From the NCBI GenBank assembly GCA_013297625.1, contig JAAFHT010000001.1, positions 2,200 to 66,199 of the forward strand: a stretch of 64,000 nucleotides of DNA, in the 5' to 3' direction. The notes beneath the pieces were generated by a model, which was given only the letters and a program-made list of their open reading frames with translations, did no database searches and was not told the origin of the DNA. A program made the translations under genes and the position numbers. This DNA is from Actinomycetota bacterium. GTDB lineage: Bacteria > Actinomycetota > Actinomycetes > Actinomycetales > Microbacteriaceae. Positions within the stretch are counted from its first letter, which is position 1, and the number at the start of each line of letters is the position of its first letter. This document shows, piece after piece, positions 9,905 to 19,122 of this stretch.

Positions 9905-11388
9905 TAGCCGGCGAAGTAGTCGGTGTGCACGCGCCGCACTCCAGCCCGACGCAGAGCCGTGCGGGCCGCGGCGACGATCGACGGTGCGCCCGAGACGTAC
10001 CCGCGCCGGGTGGCGAGGTCGGGCACGAGCTCGCGCAGGGCATCCGTCGTCAATTGATCGGGGGCGACCTCGACGATGCGGGCCGATGCGCGCTCGAGCA
10101 CGTCGCGGTAGAGCACCTCGCCGGGGTTCGACGACACGACGACCACCACGACGTCGCGCTGTTCGCCGCGCTCGGCGAGGCTCGCCAGCTGGCTCGCGAA
10201 CGGAGTCATGCCGATTCCACCGGCGACCATGATGATCGGGATGCTCGCATCACGCGGCAGCACAAAGTCACCCGCCGTCTGCGTCACCGCCACGCGGCTG
10301 CCCGGCTCGAGGGCACCGAGGGCCTTCTTGAACGAGCTGCCGCTCGGGGGAGTGCGCATGCCGATGGCGATGCGCGGGGACTCAGTGGCCACGGCCTGCT
10401 CGGGGGGTGACGCGATCGTGAACGTGCGACGCAGGCCGCGAACGTCGGCGGCGTGCGGCAGGTGCAGTTCTAGGTATTGCCCGGCGGTGAACGGCACGCG
10501 GCGCGAGGGCTCGAAGCGGTACTCGGTCGCAAACGGAGAGAGCGTCACGCGCTCGACAAGGCGCAGCGAGAAGCCGCTGCGGCGTGAGATAGCGAAGGCG
10601 ACGATGTTGCCGAGAACGAGGGCGAGCTCGGGCGAGCGGTAGATCGGCCCGAAACTGAAGGGCACCGAGAACGCCACCGCAACGGCAGCCGCGGTGACCC
10701 ACTGCTGCCACCGGCGCGGCGGCAGCGTGAGTGGTTCGCTGAGCATGAAGCCCGCGAGAAACACGATCGGAAAGAGCTGCAGCACGGTCGTGGCCGCGGT
10801 GAGCGGATCGCTGCCCGTCGCCACCAAGCGGCTGCCGCTCAGCACGACGGCGAGCACGATGAAGATGAGGCCGACATCGAGTCGGCGCGTGCGGTCGAGC
10901 AGCAGCAGGGCTCCGATCGCGACGGCGGGCAAGAGGGCGGGAGTGGCAACCCACCAGAAGCCCACGCCTTGACCGGCGTAGTAGCCGATGATGCCCGCGA
11001 TGAGCACGCCCGTCGCCGCCGGGTTGAGCAGGTGCCGCCCGCGCCACACAATGAGGTACTTCGAGAGCGCGGCAATCACTCCCGCACCGGCCGCGGCGAT
11101 GAGTGCTGGCGTCGTCAAGCTTGGTTGCGCGATGCACGCGATGATGAGCGCCGTGATGACGCTCGACTCGCGATGCGGCACGACGCGGGCGAGGCGAGCG
11201 GATATCTCATTCGCGCCGAGAGTGGCCACGATGACGACCCCGAAGGTGCCGAGAATTGCGAAGGGGTCTGGCCCGATCACGTCAAGAAACGCGAAGAGCA
11301 CGGCTTGCGCGAGCACGACGGCGAGCGTGATGGTGGCCAGGCGGTACATGCTAACCCGGCCCGTGATGGCGTCGATGCGTGCTCTCAT
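9901..11388 (-). CDS. membrane NqrB/RnfD-like domain fused to an FNR-like FAD/NAD(P)H oxidoreductase module
   Basis: About 270 aa polytopic N-terminus with an RHLLNPAA motif. C-terminus carries RTFTIAS (RxYS-type FAD site) and MVAGGIGMTP (NAD(P)H site). ATGA overlap with apbE. Confidence 0.75.
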   Translation of the reverse strand: MRARIDAITGRVSMYRLATITLAVVLAQAVLFAFLDVIGPDPFAILGTFGVVIVATLGANEISARLARVVPHRESSVITALIIACIAQPSLTTPALIAAAGAGVIAALSKYLIVWRGRHLLNPAATGVLIAGIIGYYAGQGVGFWWVATPALLPAVAIGALLLLDRTRRLDVGLIFIVLAVVLSGSRLVATGSDPLTAATTVLQLFPIVFLAGFMLSEPLTLPPRRWQQWVTAAAVAVAFSVPFSFGPIYRSPELALVLGNIVAFAISRRSGFSLRLVERVTLSPFATEYRFEPSRRVPFTAGQYLELHLPHAADVRGLRRTFTIASPPEQAVATESPRIAIGMRTPPSGSSFKKALGALEPGSRVAVTQTAGDFVLPRDASIPIIMVAGGIGMTPFASQLASLAERGEQRDVVVVVVSSNPGEVLYRDVLERASARIVEVAPDQLTTDALRELVPDLATRRGYVSGAPSIVAAARTALRRAGVRRVHTDYFAGY

Positions 11389-12290
11389 GCAAACAGCTCC
11401 CCTCGAAGACCGGGGCTCGCGTCGAGCCGCCCGTCACTCGTCAATCGAACCCACTCGAACGAGAAGGCTTCGGCCAATCGCACCGGTTCAGCGAAGAATA
11501 GTGCCGTGGCGAGCCCGTCGGCCACCAGCGCGGTGTCGGCGACCACCCAGGTGGCGATCACACCCTGGTCGACCGGCAGTCCCGTCACGGCATCGATGAT
11601 GTGGTGCAGCCCATTGCCCCAGGCGCGGCGGTTGATTGCTGAGGCGCACAGCGCGGCGTTGTGCAGCTCGACGACGCCGACCGCCTTCGTGGGGTCGGCC
11701 GGGTTCTCAAGCGCCACGCGGATGCTGCGCTCACCCCGCACGCGCACGTCGCCACTCGCATCGACCACCGAGTCGCCCACGCCGCGGGCCGCGAGCAGGT
11801 CGCCGACGAGGTCGACGAGGTAACCCTTTCCGGCGGCACCCACGTCGAGCACGACGGGAGCAACTGTGTCGAGAGTGATCCCCTCGACGGTGTGTCGCAG
11901 CGCGATGGTGTCGGCCCAGCTCGGGGCGGGCAGTGGCGCTCCGGAGGGCGTCAGTCGGTAGGCGGCGTCGTAGCCGAGGCGCTCAAGTGAGGCTCCGACG
12001 AGGGGCGTGAGGCGGGCATCCGTCAGCGCATGAAGCTGCTCGTAGAGCGCGAGCATGGGCCGGGCATCGGCCGGCAAGCGCCACGACCCGGCCTCGCGAG
12101 CGATGCGCGACACGAGTGAGTCGTCGCGAAAGCGGGACCAGTCGCGGTCGAACTGCTCGATGCGCTCGAGCACTGCCGTGAGGTCGTCAGGGGCCAACGC
12201 GGCTCCGAGAGAACCCACGGGGGTTTCGGCGCCGCCGTGGCCGATGCGCCACGGCGTGCCGATCGCCTCAAAACTCGAGGGCCCCACCAC
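11385..12290 (-). CDS. apbE: FAD:protein FMN transferase (ApbE family)
   Basis: FEAIGTPWRI..., DVGAAGKGYLVD, ASGD and TALVADGLATALF blocks typical of ApbE. Start uncertain: GTG 12290, or TTG 12380 which would overlap the upstream gene by 77 nt. Confidence 0.85.
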   Translation of the reverse strand: MVGPSSFEAIGTPWRIGHGGAETPVGSLGAALAPDDLTAVLERIEQFDRDWSRFRDDSLVSRIAREAGSWRLPADARPMLALYEQLHALTDARLTPLVGASLERLGYDAAYRLTPSGAPLPAPSWADTIALRHTVEGITLDTVAPVVLDVGAAGKGYLVDLVGDLLAARGVGDSVVDASGDVRVRGERSIRVALENPADPTKAVGVVELHNAALCASAINRRAWGNGLHHIIDAVTGLPVDQGVIATWVVADTALVADGLATALFFAEPVRLAEAFSFEWVRLTSDGRLDASPGLRGELFA

Positions 12291-12303
12291 GGCAGGCGCG
12301 GCC

Positions 12304-12759
12304 CTAGCCGACGAGAGCTTCTGCCTTGATGGTCGTGATGGCTTCGCGGAATCCGTTGCCCGTGAGCGACGAGCCAGCAACCACCGTGACGTCGAGCTTG
12401 TCGATGTCTTGGCCGATCACGATGTCACCGATACCGTCGGCAAACTTGCTCTGGAAGTTGGCGGTTGTCGGGTTGGTCGGGTTTGACGTGACAACAACGC
12501 CCGTGACGATGTCGTTCGTGAGCTCGATTTCAACCGTGATGGTCTCGCTGCCGTTGGGCGACTCGTAGCCGCCATCAGCCAGATACATGCCATCGCGGTA
12601 GCTCGCGTCGACGGGCTGCGCGGGCTGATCAGCCGGCGGCTCGGCGGTCGTCGCGGTCGAGCACCCCGTCAGGGTGCCGATGAGGGCGGCAGCGACGCCA
12701 ACCGGGGCCGCAATGCGCCCCGCGGTCGTGCGGGCGTTGGTGGTCATCATGCGGGTCAT
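12304..12759 (-). CDS. FMN-binding domain lipoprotein
   Basis: Signal peptide with lipobox LTGC. C-terminal DKLDVTVVAGSSLTGNGFREAI resembles actinobacterial FMN_bind flavinylation segments. GGAGA RBS. Confidence 0.75.
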   Translation of the reverse strand: MTRMMTTNARTTAGRIAAPVGVAAALIGTLTGCSTATTAEPPADQPAQPVDASYRDGMYLADGGYESPNGSETITVEIELTNDIVTGVVVTSNPTNPTTANFQSKFADGIGDIVIGQDIDKLDVTVVAGSSLTGNGFREAITTIKAEALVG

Positions 12760-12884
12760 CGTGTCTCCAGGGCTCGCGTGAGAGTGTTGGCTGTGCTCAG
12801 CCTACGGTCACCAGCCTGTCGGTCTTCGGTGGGGATTCGCTGAGCCTGTGTCAAGCATTTGCCGGGTTTGCGCGCGGGTGCGGC

Positions 12885-13361
12885 TTAGTCGTCGAGTGCT
12901 TCTGCCTTGATCGTTTCGACGGCCGCGCGAAAACCGATGGATGTCAACGACGACCCCGCCACCACGGTGACATCGAGGTCGTCAATGTCGGTGCCGATGA
13001 CCTTCTCTGCGATGCCGCCAGCAAAAAGATCTTGGTAGGTCGAGCTCGTGGCACTGGTGGGGTAGAGCCCAATCTCGACGTCGGTCACGATGTCGTTCTC
13101 GAGCTGCATCACGACGATGATGCTCTCGTCTCCGGCAGGGGACTGGTAGGCACCATCGGCCCGAAAGCTGCCGTCGCGGTAACTGGGGTCGACGACGATC
13201 TCGGGCTCCGTCGTGGGCTGGAGCTCGGGCTCAGCCTCGACCGTCGTGTCGACCGCGGCAGCGCATCCGCTCAGGGTTGCGATCACGGCGGCGCTCGCCA
13301 CCACAGGCGCGGCTCGCCGTGCGGCTCGCGCGCGCGAGGGTGCCGTCAACATTTGACTCAC
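12885..13361 (-). CDS. FMN-binding domain lipoprotein (paralogue)
   Basis: Lipobox LSGC; DDLDVTVVAGSSLTSIGFRAAV. Clearly paralogous to 12304..12759. GTG start behind AGGAGC. Confidence 0.75.
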   Translation of the reverse strand: MSQMLTAPSRARAARRAAPVVASAAVIATLSGCAAAVDTTVEAEPELQPTTEPEIVVDPSYRDGSFRADGAYQSPAGDESIIVVMQLENDIVTDVEIGLYPTSATSSTYQDLFAGGIAEKVIGTDIDDLDVTVVAGSSLTSIGFRAAVETIKAEALDD

Positions 13362-13461
13362 AAAGGCTCCTGACGCTCACTCGATCGGGCCGCTTTGCCG
13401 TGCTCAGCCCGCCATCAACGAGCTTTCAGCCTGGCGAGAGATCGTCGGTATTCGCTGAGAC

Positions 13462-14094
13462 TCAGTCGGGCGTTTGCTCTGACGATTCGGCGTGCAACTC
13501 AGTGTCGGCCTCGGTCGCGCGCCAGCCGAGAAAGCGCACGCTCAGGCCTGATCGCGTTGGCGCACACACCATCGGCCCGACGAGGGCCGACTCGTGGGCA
13601 AAGCGGGCGACACGCACGAGCCGCCACTCGGGGTCGATCGACCTGCGCGCGCGAATCACGACGGCGTCGACCATGCGGGATGCTCGCACCGTCACGACGC
13701 TGCTCACCCACTCATCGGCGCGCCCGGTCGACCAGTCGCTCGCACCGGTGGTGACGACGGCGCCGAGCTGCATGTGCCCGTCGCTGAACTCGACCCCAGC
13801 CTTGATCCAATTCTCGGCGTCCACCATGACGGCGAGCCCGGCTTGATCGAAGTCACCGGTGAAGCCGCTCAGCTCGAAGTCGACCTCGATCGCGGTGCCC
13901 GCATCCCACCGGCGCAGCAGCGCGTGGCCATTCTCGTGACGAAAGCCATACGCGGTGTCGCGCCACCAGTCGCTGCCTTCGGCGGCGACCACGGTGAGCG
14001 CGCCGTCGGCGTCGAGCGTGGTGCTGACCGGTTCGCGGCTCCACGTGCCCTCGTCGAAGGCGATCGGGCCGATGAGGGTCGGCTGCTCGCTCAC
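13462..14094 (-). CDS. DUF1349-like (concanavalin-like fold) protein
   Basis: The real part of ORF 13462..14406 starts at GTG 14094, a GTGA overlap with the purU stop. WWRDTAYGFRHENGHALL block. Confidence 0.7.
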   Translation of the reverse strand: MSEQPTLIGPIAFDEGTWSREPVSTTLDADGALTVVAAEGSDWWRDTAYGFRHENGHALLRRWDAGTAIEVDFELSGFTGDFDQAGLAVMVDAENWIKAGVEFSDGHMQLGAVVTTGASDWSTGRADEWVSSVVTVRASRMVDAVVIRARRSIDPEWRLVRVARFAHESALVGPMVCAPTRSGLSVRFLGWRATEADTELHAESSEQTPD

Positions 14095-14945
14095 GTGAAG
14101 ATGATCGTGCGTTGGCCGTCGAGCAGCACGCGGTCTTCCGCGAACCAGCGCACGGCCTGGCTCAGGGTGCGGCTCTCGATGTCGCGCCCGATGACGACGA
14201 GTTCGTCGGCCGAGCGCGAGTGGTCGACGCGTGTGACGTTTTGCTCGATGATCGGGCCCTCGTCGAGGTCGCTCGTGACGAAGTGCGCCGTCGCGCCGAT
14301 GAGCTTCACGCCGCGGGCGTGGGCCCGCGCGTAGGGGTTGGCGCCCTTGAAGCCGGGCAAGAACGAGTGGTGAATGTTGATGGCTCGCCCCGCGAGCGCC
14401 GCGCACAGCTCGGGCGAGAAGATCTGCATGTAGCGCGCGAGCACGACGAGCTCGATGTCGTGCTGCTCGACGGCCTCGAGAATGCGCGCTTCCATCGCGG
14501 CTTTCTCGTCGGCATTCGTGACCGAGCGTGACTCGAAGGGCACGTCGTAGAACGCCGCGAGTTCGGCGAGGTCAGGGTGGTTGCCGAGCACGAGGGGAAT
14601 CTCGATGGGGAGGTGCCCGCTGCGCTGACGGAACAAGAGATCATTGAGGCAGTGGGCGGCTTTCGACACGAGCACGAGCGTGCGCAACGGTCGGCCCACG
14701 GCGTCGATGCGGCACTCCATGCCATAGCGGTCGATGACGGGCTGCAGGGCGGCGCGAAGCTCGTCGTGGTCGGCGTGGGTCTCGGTCTGCAGGCGCAAGA
14801 AAAAGCGGCCCGAGCCGAGGCTTGAGAACTGCTGCAGTTCGGTGATGTTGCCCTCGGCTTCGACGATGCCGCCCGTGACGGCATGCACAATGCCGGGGCG
14901 GTCGTCGCACACGAGCGTCACGATCCAGTGGTGGGGAGTGCTCAC
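14091..14945 (-). CDS. purU: formyltetrahydrofolate deformylase
   Basis: N-terminal ACT-like domain plus a formyltransferase core with INIHHSFLPGFKGANPY. Confidence 0.92.
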   Translation of the reverse strand: MSTPHHWIVTLVCDDRPGIVHAVTGGIVEAEGNITELQQFSSLGSGRFFLRLQTETHADHDELRAALQPVIDRYGMECRIDAVGRPLRTLVLVSKAAHCLNDLLFRQRSGHLPIEIPLVLGNHPDLAELAAFYDVPFESRSVTNADEKAAMEARILEAVEQHDIELVVLARYMQIFSPELCAALAGRAINIHHSFLPGFKGANPYARAHARGVKLIGATAHFVTSDLDEGPIIEQNVTRVDHSRSADELVVIGRDIESRTLSQAVRWFAEDRVLLDGQRTIIFT

Positions 14946-14976
14946 CCTCTCAGCCTATTCGGGCCGCGAGGCGTGA

Positions 14977-16251
14977 TTGCGCGGCTACGCTGTGGCCGTG
15001 CGCCTGCCCTGGTCATCGCTGCTGCTGCTGTCGGCGGGCATCTTCGTGGCCGTCACGAGCGAGTTTCTGCCGATCGGGCTGCTGCCGCAACTCACGACCG
15101 AGCTCGGCATCACCGAGGCGCAAGTGGGTTTGCTCATCACGGTCTTCGCCGCTTCTGTCGTCATCGCGACGGCGCCGCTCACGCACCTCACGCGCTCGGT
15201 GCCGCGCAAGTCGTTGCTCATTGCCTTGCTCGCCGTGTTTGCCCTGGCCAATCTCGTTGCGGCGCTCGCGCCGAGTTATGCCGTGCTTCTGGTTGCTCGC
15301 GTCATCGGCGGCGCCGCGCACGGCGTTTTCTGGGCCGTCGTCACTCCGTACGCGGCTCGGCTCGTCGCCCCGCAGCGGCTTGCGAGCGCCGTCGCGGTTG
15401 CGACTGCAGGCGCAACGGTCGCGAGCGTGGCAGGCCTGCCACTCGGCACCCTGCTGGGCGCGGCCGTCGGCTGGCGGGTCTCGTTCGCCGTCATCGCGGC
15501 CCTCGTGGTCGTCATCGCCGTGCTCATTGTCGTCGTGTTGCCGCCGGTCGAGCATCGGTCGACGGATGCGCCATCCCGTGCGCGCTTCGCTGCCGTGCGC
15601 GACGCCACTTTCGCGCCCGTCATGGTGCTGTGCGCCACGATCGTGCTCGTCACCCTCGGCCACGCGACGCTTTACACCTATATCGCCGCGTGGGTCATCG
15701 AGGTTGCGGGGTTCGCCGTGGCTGACGTCGCGGGCATCTTGCTGCTGTTCGGCGGCGCGGGTGCGGTGGGTGTGGTCGTTGCGGGAGTGCTCGGTGATCG
15801 GGTGCCTCGCACCCTGTTACCTGTTCTGCTGATCGGCGTCACGGCTTCGGTCGCGGGGCTTGCCGCGGCATCCGACTCACCACTCGCGGTTGTGGTGCTG
15901 CTCATACTGTGGAGTGCGTTCTTGGGCGGCGTGCCGGTGATCGCTCAGGCGCGCCTGCTTCAGACGGCATCCCTCGCCCTGCGCGACATCGCGGCCGCCT
16001 GGCTAACCGTGGCGTTCAACATCGGCATTGGCGGTGGAGCGCTGCTCGGGGGCATCGTCATCGGCACGTGGTCGGTGGCCGCGCTACCCCTCGTGACCCT
16101 CGGCTGCCTCGTTCTCGCTCTCAGCCTCGTCGTGCTCGTCGCTCGGCCACACGTACTCGTCGATGATGACGACGAGGGCGACGATGCCGTTGACCATCCA
16201 GGTGAGGGCCAGCGGCGTGATGCCGGGGATGAGCGGCGCCGCGAGCCATAG
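14977..16251 (+). CDS. MFS transporter (12-TM efflux type)
   Basis: 12 hydrophobic spans. Paralogue of 17426..18658. The acidic C-terminal tail overlaps the convergent ltrA-like gene. Confidence 0.85.
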   Translation: MRGYAVAVRLPWSSLLLLSAGIFVAVTSEFLPIGLLPQLTTELGITEAQVGLLITVFAASVVIATAPLTHLTRSVPRKSLLIALLAVFALANLVAALAPSYAVLLVARVIGGAAHGVFWAVVTPYAARLVAPQRLASAVAVATAGATVASVAGLPLGTLLGAAVGWRVSFAVIAALVVVIAVLIVVVLPPVEHRSTDAPSRARFAAVRDATFAPVMVLCATIVLVTLGHATLYTYIAAWVIEVAGFAVADVAGILLLFGGAGAVGVVVAGVLGDRVPRTLLPVLLIGVTASVAGLAAASDSPLAVVVLLILWSAFLGGVPVIAQARLLQTASLALRDIAAAWLTVAFNIGIGGGALLGGIVIGTWSVAALPLVTLGCLVLALSLVVLVARPHVLVDDDDEGDDAVDHPGEGQRRDAGDERRREP

Positions 16252-17316
16252 CGACGTGAGGGCCGCCATACCGAGCAAGTGCGACCGCAACCACGGCCGC
16301 CCGATCGAGCGCTTGAAAAGCAGGTTGCCGAGCAAGTAGAGGGCGGGCGCTGCCACGACGACGGCAAGCGTCGCGGCATCGAGCGGATCATCCGGATGCG
16401 CGAGCACGAGTTCATCGCCCACCGCCACGAGCACGACCCCGCCCACCAGGATCATGTGCAGGTAGGTATAGGTGAGACGTGCGATTGCCCCGGATTGCTC
16501 AGACGCCGAGATGAAGCGGTGCCCGTGCTCGGCCCCGTGGCTGAAGTAGAGCAGCCAGAACAGAATCGTGCCCACGAAGGCCGCGAGAAACGCGAAGATC
16601 GTCGACGGTGTGAAGTCGCTGCGGCTAAAGACCGTACCCGTCACGATGATCGATTCGCCCAGGGCAACAATCATGAAGAGCCCCGCGCGCTCGGCCATGT
16701 GGCCGCCCGCGACCGCCCACGAGTCCATGTTCGCGTTGCCGATGCCGGGCACCCAATACCGCACGGTCGGGGCGAACAGCTCGATGCCGAGGGCGAGCGC
16801 CCACAACACGAACTGCAGGTCGCCCCCGATAGCGGCCCCGGCGATCCAGAACGGCGCCGAGAACACGAACCAGATGCCGATGCGCGTGAGGTTCACGGCG
16901 TTGCCGGGCTGTCCGACGCGGCGGTAGCTCACCACCACAAAGATCGTGCGGCCCAACTGCATGACGATGTACGCGATCGCGAAGGGCCACGCCCGGTCGG
17001 CGAACGCGTAGGGGATGGCCGTGCTGAGCACGAGGCCCGCGAGCATCATCGCGATGAGCATCCATCGCACGGGCGTTTTTTCGGGGTTCATCCAGTTGGT
17101 GACCCACGTCGTATAGATCCACACCCACCACACGGCCACGAGCATGAGCACGCCTTCGAGAACCCCGCGCGGGGTCAAGTGTTCAATGACGTGGTGCGAG
17201 AGTTGCGTGACGGCGAAGACAAACACGAGATCGAAGAACAGCTCGATGAACGCCACACGGTCGGCGCCGGGCGCGCGGCTGCGGAAGAGGCGGGCGATGG
17301 GCAGGTAGGCGGTCAC
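16084..17316 (-). CDS. low temperature requirement protein A (LtrA) family membrane protein
   Basis: RVAFIELFFDLVFVFAVTQLSH N-terminal signature, polytopic. GTG start behind AGGAG. Confidence 0.8.
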   Translation of the reverse strand: MTAYLPIARLFRSRAPGADRVAFIELFFDLVFVFAVTQLSHHVIEHLTPRGVLEGVLMLVAVWWVWIYTTWVTNWMNPEKTPVRWMLIAMMLAGLVLSTAIPYAFADRAWPFAIAYIVMQLGRTIFVVVSYRRVGQPGNAVNLTRIGIWFVFSAPFWIAGAAIGGDLQFVLWALALGIELFAPTVRYWVPGIGNANMDSWAVAGGHMAERAGLFMIVALGESIIVTGTVFSRSDFTPSTIFAFLAAFVGTILFWLLYFSHGAEHGHRFISASEQSGAIARLTYTYLHMILVGGVVLVAVGDELVLAHPDDPLDAATLAVVVAAPALYLLGNLLFKRSIGRPWLRSHLLGMAALTSLWLAAPLIPGITPLALTWMVNGIVALVVIIDEYVWPSDEHDEAESENEAAEGHEG

Positions 17317-17425
17317 GGGCGCTCCTGTCGGATGGTGGTGGCGTTAGCCTAGAGGCGGATGCCCGCCTTGGGGTCCCCGTGCTCGTCAGCGGCGTTGCGC
17401 TGACCGCGAAAGCCGTTGTCTTCTC

Positions 17426-18658
17426 ATGACTAGCTCTGACCGCCCGTTTCCGTGGGTGGGCCTCATCACCCTTGCCGCCGCCATCTTCGTGCTCGTCACG
17501 AGTGAGTTCTTGCCCACGGGCCTCTTGCCCATCATGGCGAGCGACCTCGGCGTAACCGAGCCCCAAATCGGGCTGCTCATCACGATCTTCGCGGGCACGG
17601 TCGTGCTCACGGCCGCGCCCCTCGCGGCGCTGACGAGGCACTACTCGCGCAAGAGCCTGCTGCTCGTCGTGCTCGGGGTCTTCGCGCTCGCCAACGTGCT
17701 CGCGGCTATCGCGCCGAGCTACGAAGTGCTTGTGGGTGCGCGCGTGCTCGGCGGCCTCGCGCACGGACTGTTCTGGGCCGTCGCCGGCGCCTACTCGGCG
17801 CACCTCGTGCCGCGGCACCAACTCGCGCGGGCCGTCGCGGTTACGAGCGCGGGCGGCACGATTGCGTTCGTGCTCGGCGTTCCGCTCGGTACGGCTCTCG
17901 GCCTCGCGTTCGGCTGGCGCGCGGCGTTTGGCGTCATCGCCGCGACCGTGGTCGTGCTCGTCGTGGCCGTCATCGTCTTTCTGCCGACGGTCAATCACCA
18001 CGTCTCGCTCGCCACGGGAGAGATTCGCCTGCCGGTGCGCCGCGACCCCACGATGCCCTCGGTGCTCTTCATTTGCGTGCTCGTCGTCATCATCATCACG
18101 GGCCACAACGTGTTCTATACCTACATCGCACCGTTCGTTCTCGATACCGCAGGGTTCGCGCCAGAGTCGCTCAGCATCCTGTTGTTCCTCTATGGCGGCG
18201 CGGGAGCCATCGGCCTCGTGCTCGCGGGCGTGGTCGGCGGCCGCTACCCGCGAGGCGGCCTGTACGGGATGTTCGCGGGCGTCATGCTCGCCGTCAGCAC
18301 CCTCGCGCTCTTCGCCGGAGTTCCCGTGATCGTGGTCATCGCGTTCGTGATCTGGGGCACGGCCTTCGGCGGAATCCCCGCGCTGCTGCAGACCCGATTG
18401 CTCCGCGTCGCCTCACCCAACGTGCGCGACGTGGGCGCTGCCCTGTTGACCACCTCGTTCAACATCGGCATCGGCGGCGGGGCAGCGATCGGCGCGCTGC
18501 TGTACTCGATCTCGGGTACGACCTGGTTGCCCTGGGTCGAGGCCGGAGCCCTCGGGCTCGGCATCGTCGCGCTGCTCATCATGGAGTCGCGGCGCCGCGC
18601 GCGCGGAGTGCCCCTCACCACCCGGCCGATCACGGTCATCGAGGCTGAGTCGCCGTAG
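17426..18658 (+). CDS. MFS transporter (paralogue of 14977..16251)
   Basis: VTSEFLPTGLLP...RKSLL...FALAN..AA.APSY blocks are shared with the other MFS gene. Confidence 0.85.
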   Translation: MTSSDRPFPWVGLITLAAAIFVLVTSEFLPTGLLPIMASDLGVTEPQIGLLITIFAGTVVLTAAPLAALTRHYSRKSLLLVVLGVFALANVLAAIAPSYEVLVGARVLGGLAHGLFWAVAGAYSAHLVPRHQLARAVAVTSAGGTIAFVLGVPLGTALGLAFGWRAAFGVIAATVVVLVVAVIVFLPTVNHHVSLATGEIRLPVRRDPTMPSVLFICVLVVIIITGHNVFYTYIAPFVLDTAGFAPESLSILLFLYGGAGAIGLVLAGVVGGRYPRGGLYGMFAGVMLAVSTLALFAGVPVIVVIAFVIWGTAFGGIPALLQTRLLRVASPNVRDVGAALLTTSFNIGIGGGAAIGALLYSISGTTWLPWVEAGALGLGIVALLIMESRRRARGVPLTTRPITVIEAESP

Positions 18659-18667
18659 TGCATCGGG

Positions 18668-19111
18668 TCAGTCGTAGAAGACCTTTTCAATCGTGTGCCA
18701 GTCGCCACCCAGGAGGGAGTCAGCAGTCGCCTGGTTGACGCGGACCCAGATGTCCGTGGGTTCCATCACGTCGTCAGCAATGGTGAATGCCGCTGCGTCG
18801 AGTTCCATGTGGCGAGCCAACATCAGGTAGATCGAGGGCAGGTCTGCCAGCTGAGCAAGCAGTCCGTTTCCTTCGCCAAGATCGAGGACGAAGATCGCGG
18901 TCCCACCGCCAAGATCGCGAGACTTCACGGACCCAACCATCCCGATGCCGGAGCTGCTCGCCTCGACGATGTGTGGCATCACATCCTCCAGCGACGGAAT
19001 CACGATGCGAGATGACCGTGGAGCATCGCCGACTGACTGCTCATTGTCGACAGGGTCAGGCATAGCGCGATTGTACGGTTGCGGCCGCGGCGACCCCGTT
19101 CGCCCATCCAT
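18668..19111 (-). CDS. hypothetical protein (no family recognised)
   Basis: ORF 18668..19117. AAAGGA sits 6-7 nt before the ATG at 19111. Lower GC than the flanks. Divergent from the HTH gene. Confidence 0.5.
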   Translation of the reverse strand: MDGRTGSPRPQPYNRAMPDPVDNEQSVGDAPRSSRIVIPSLEDVMPHIVEASSSGIGMVGSVKSRDLGGGTAIFVLDLGEGNGLLAQLADLPSIYLMLARHMELDAAAFTIADDVMEPTDIWVRVNQATADSLLGGDWHTIEKVFYD

Positions 19112-19122
19112 CGTCATTCCTT

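Noticed and set aside
14095-14406. The N-terminal 104 aa of ORF 13462..14406.
   Set aside because: It overlaps the purU coding sequence in another frame, is Arg/His/Pro-rich, and a GTGA-coupled GTG at 14094 gives a sensible DUF1349-sized protein.
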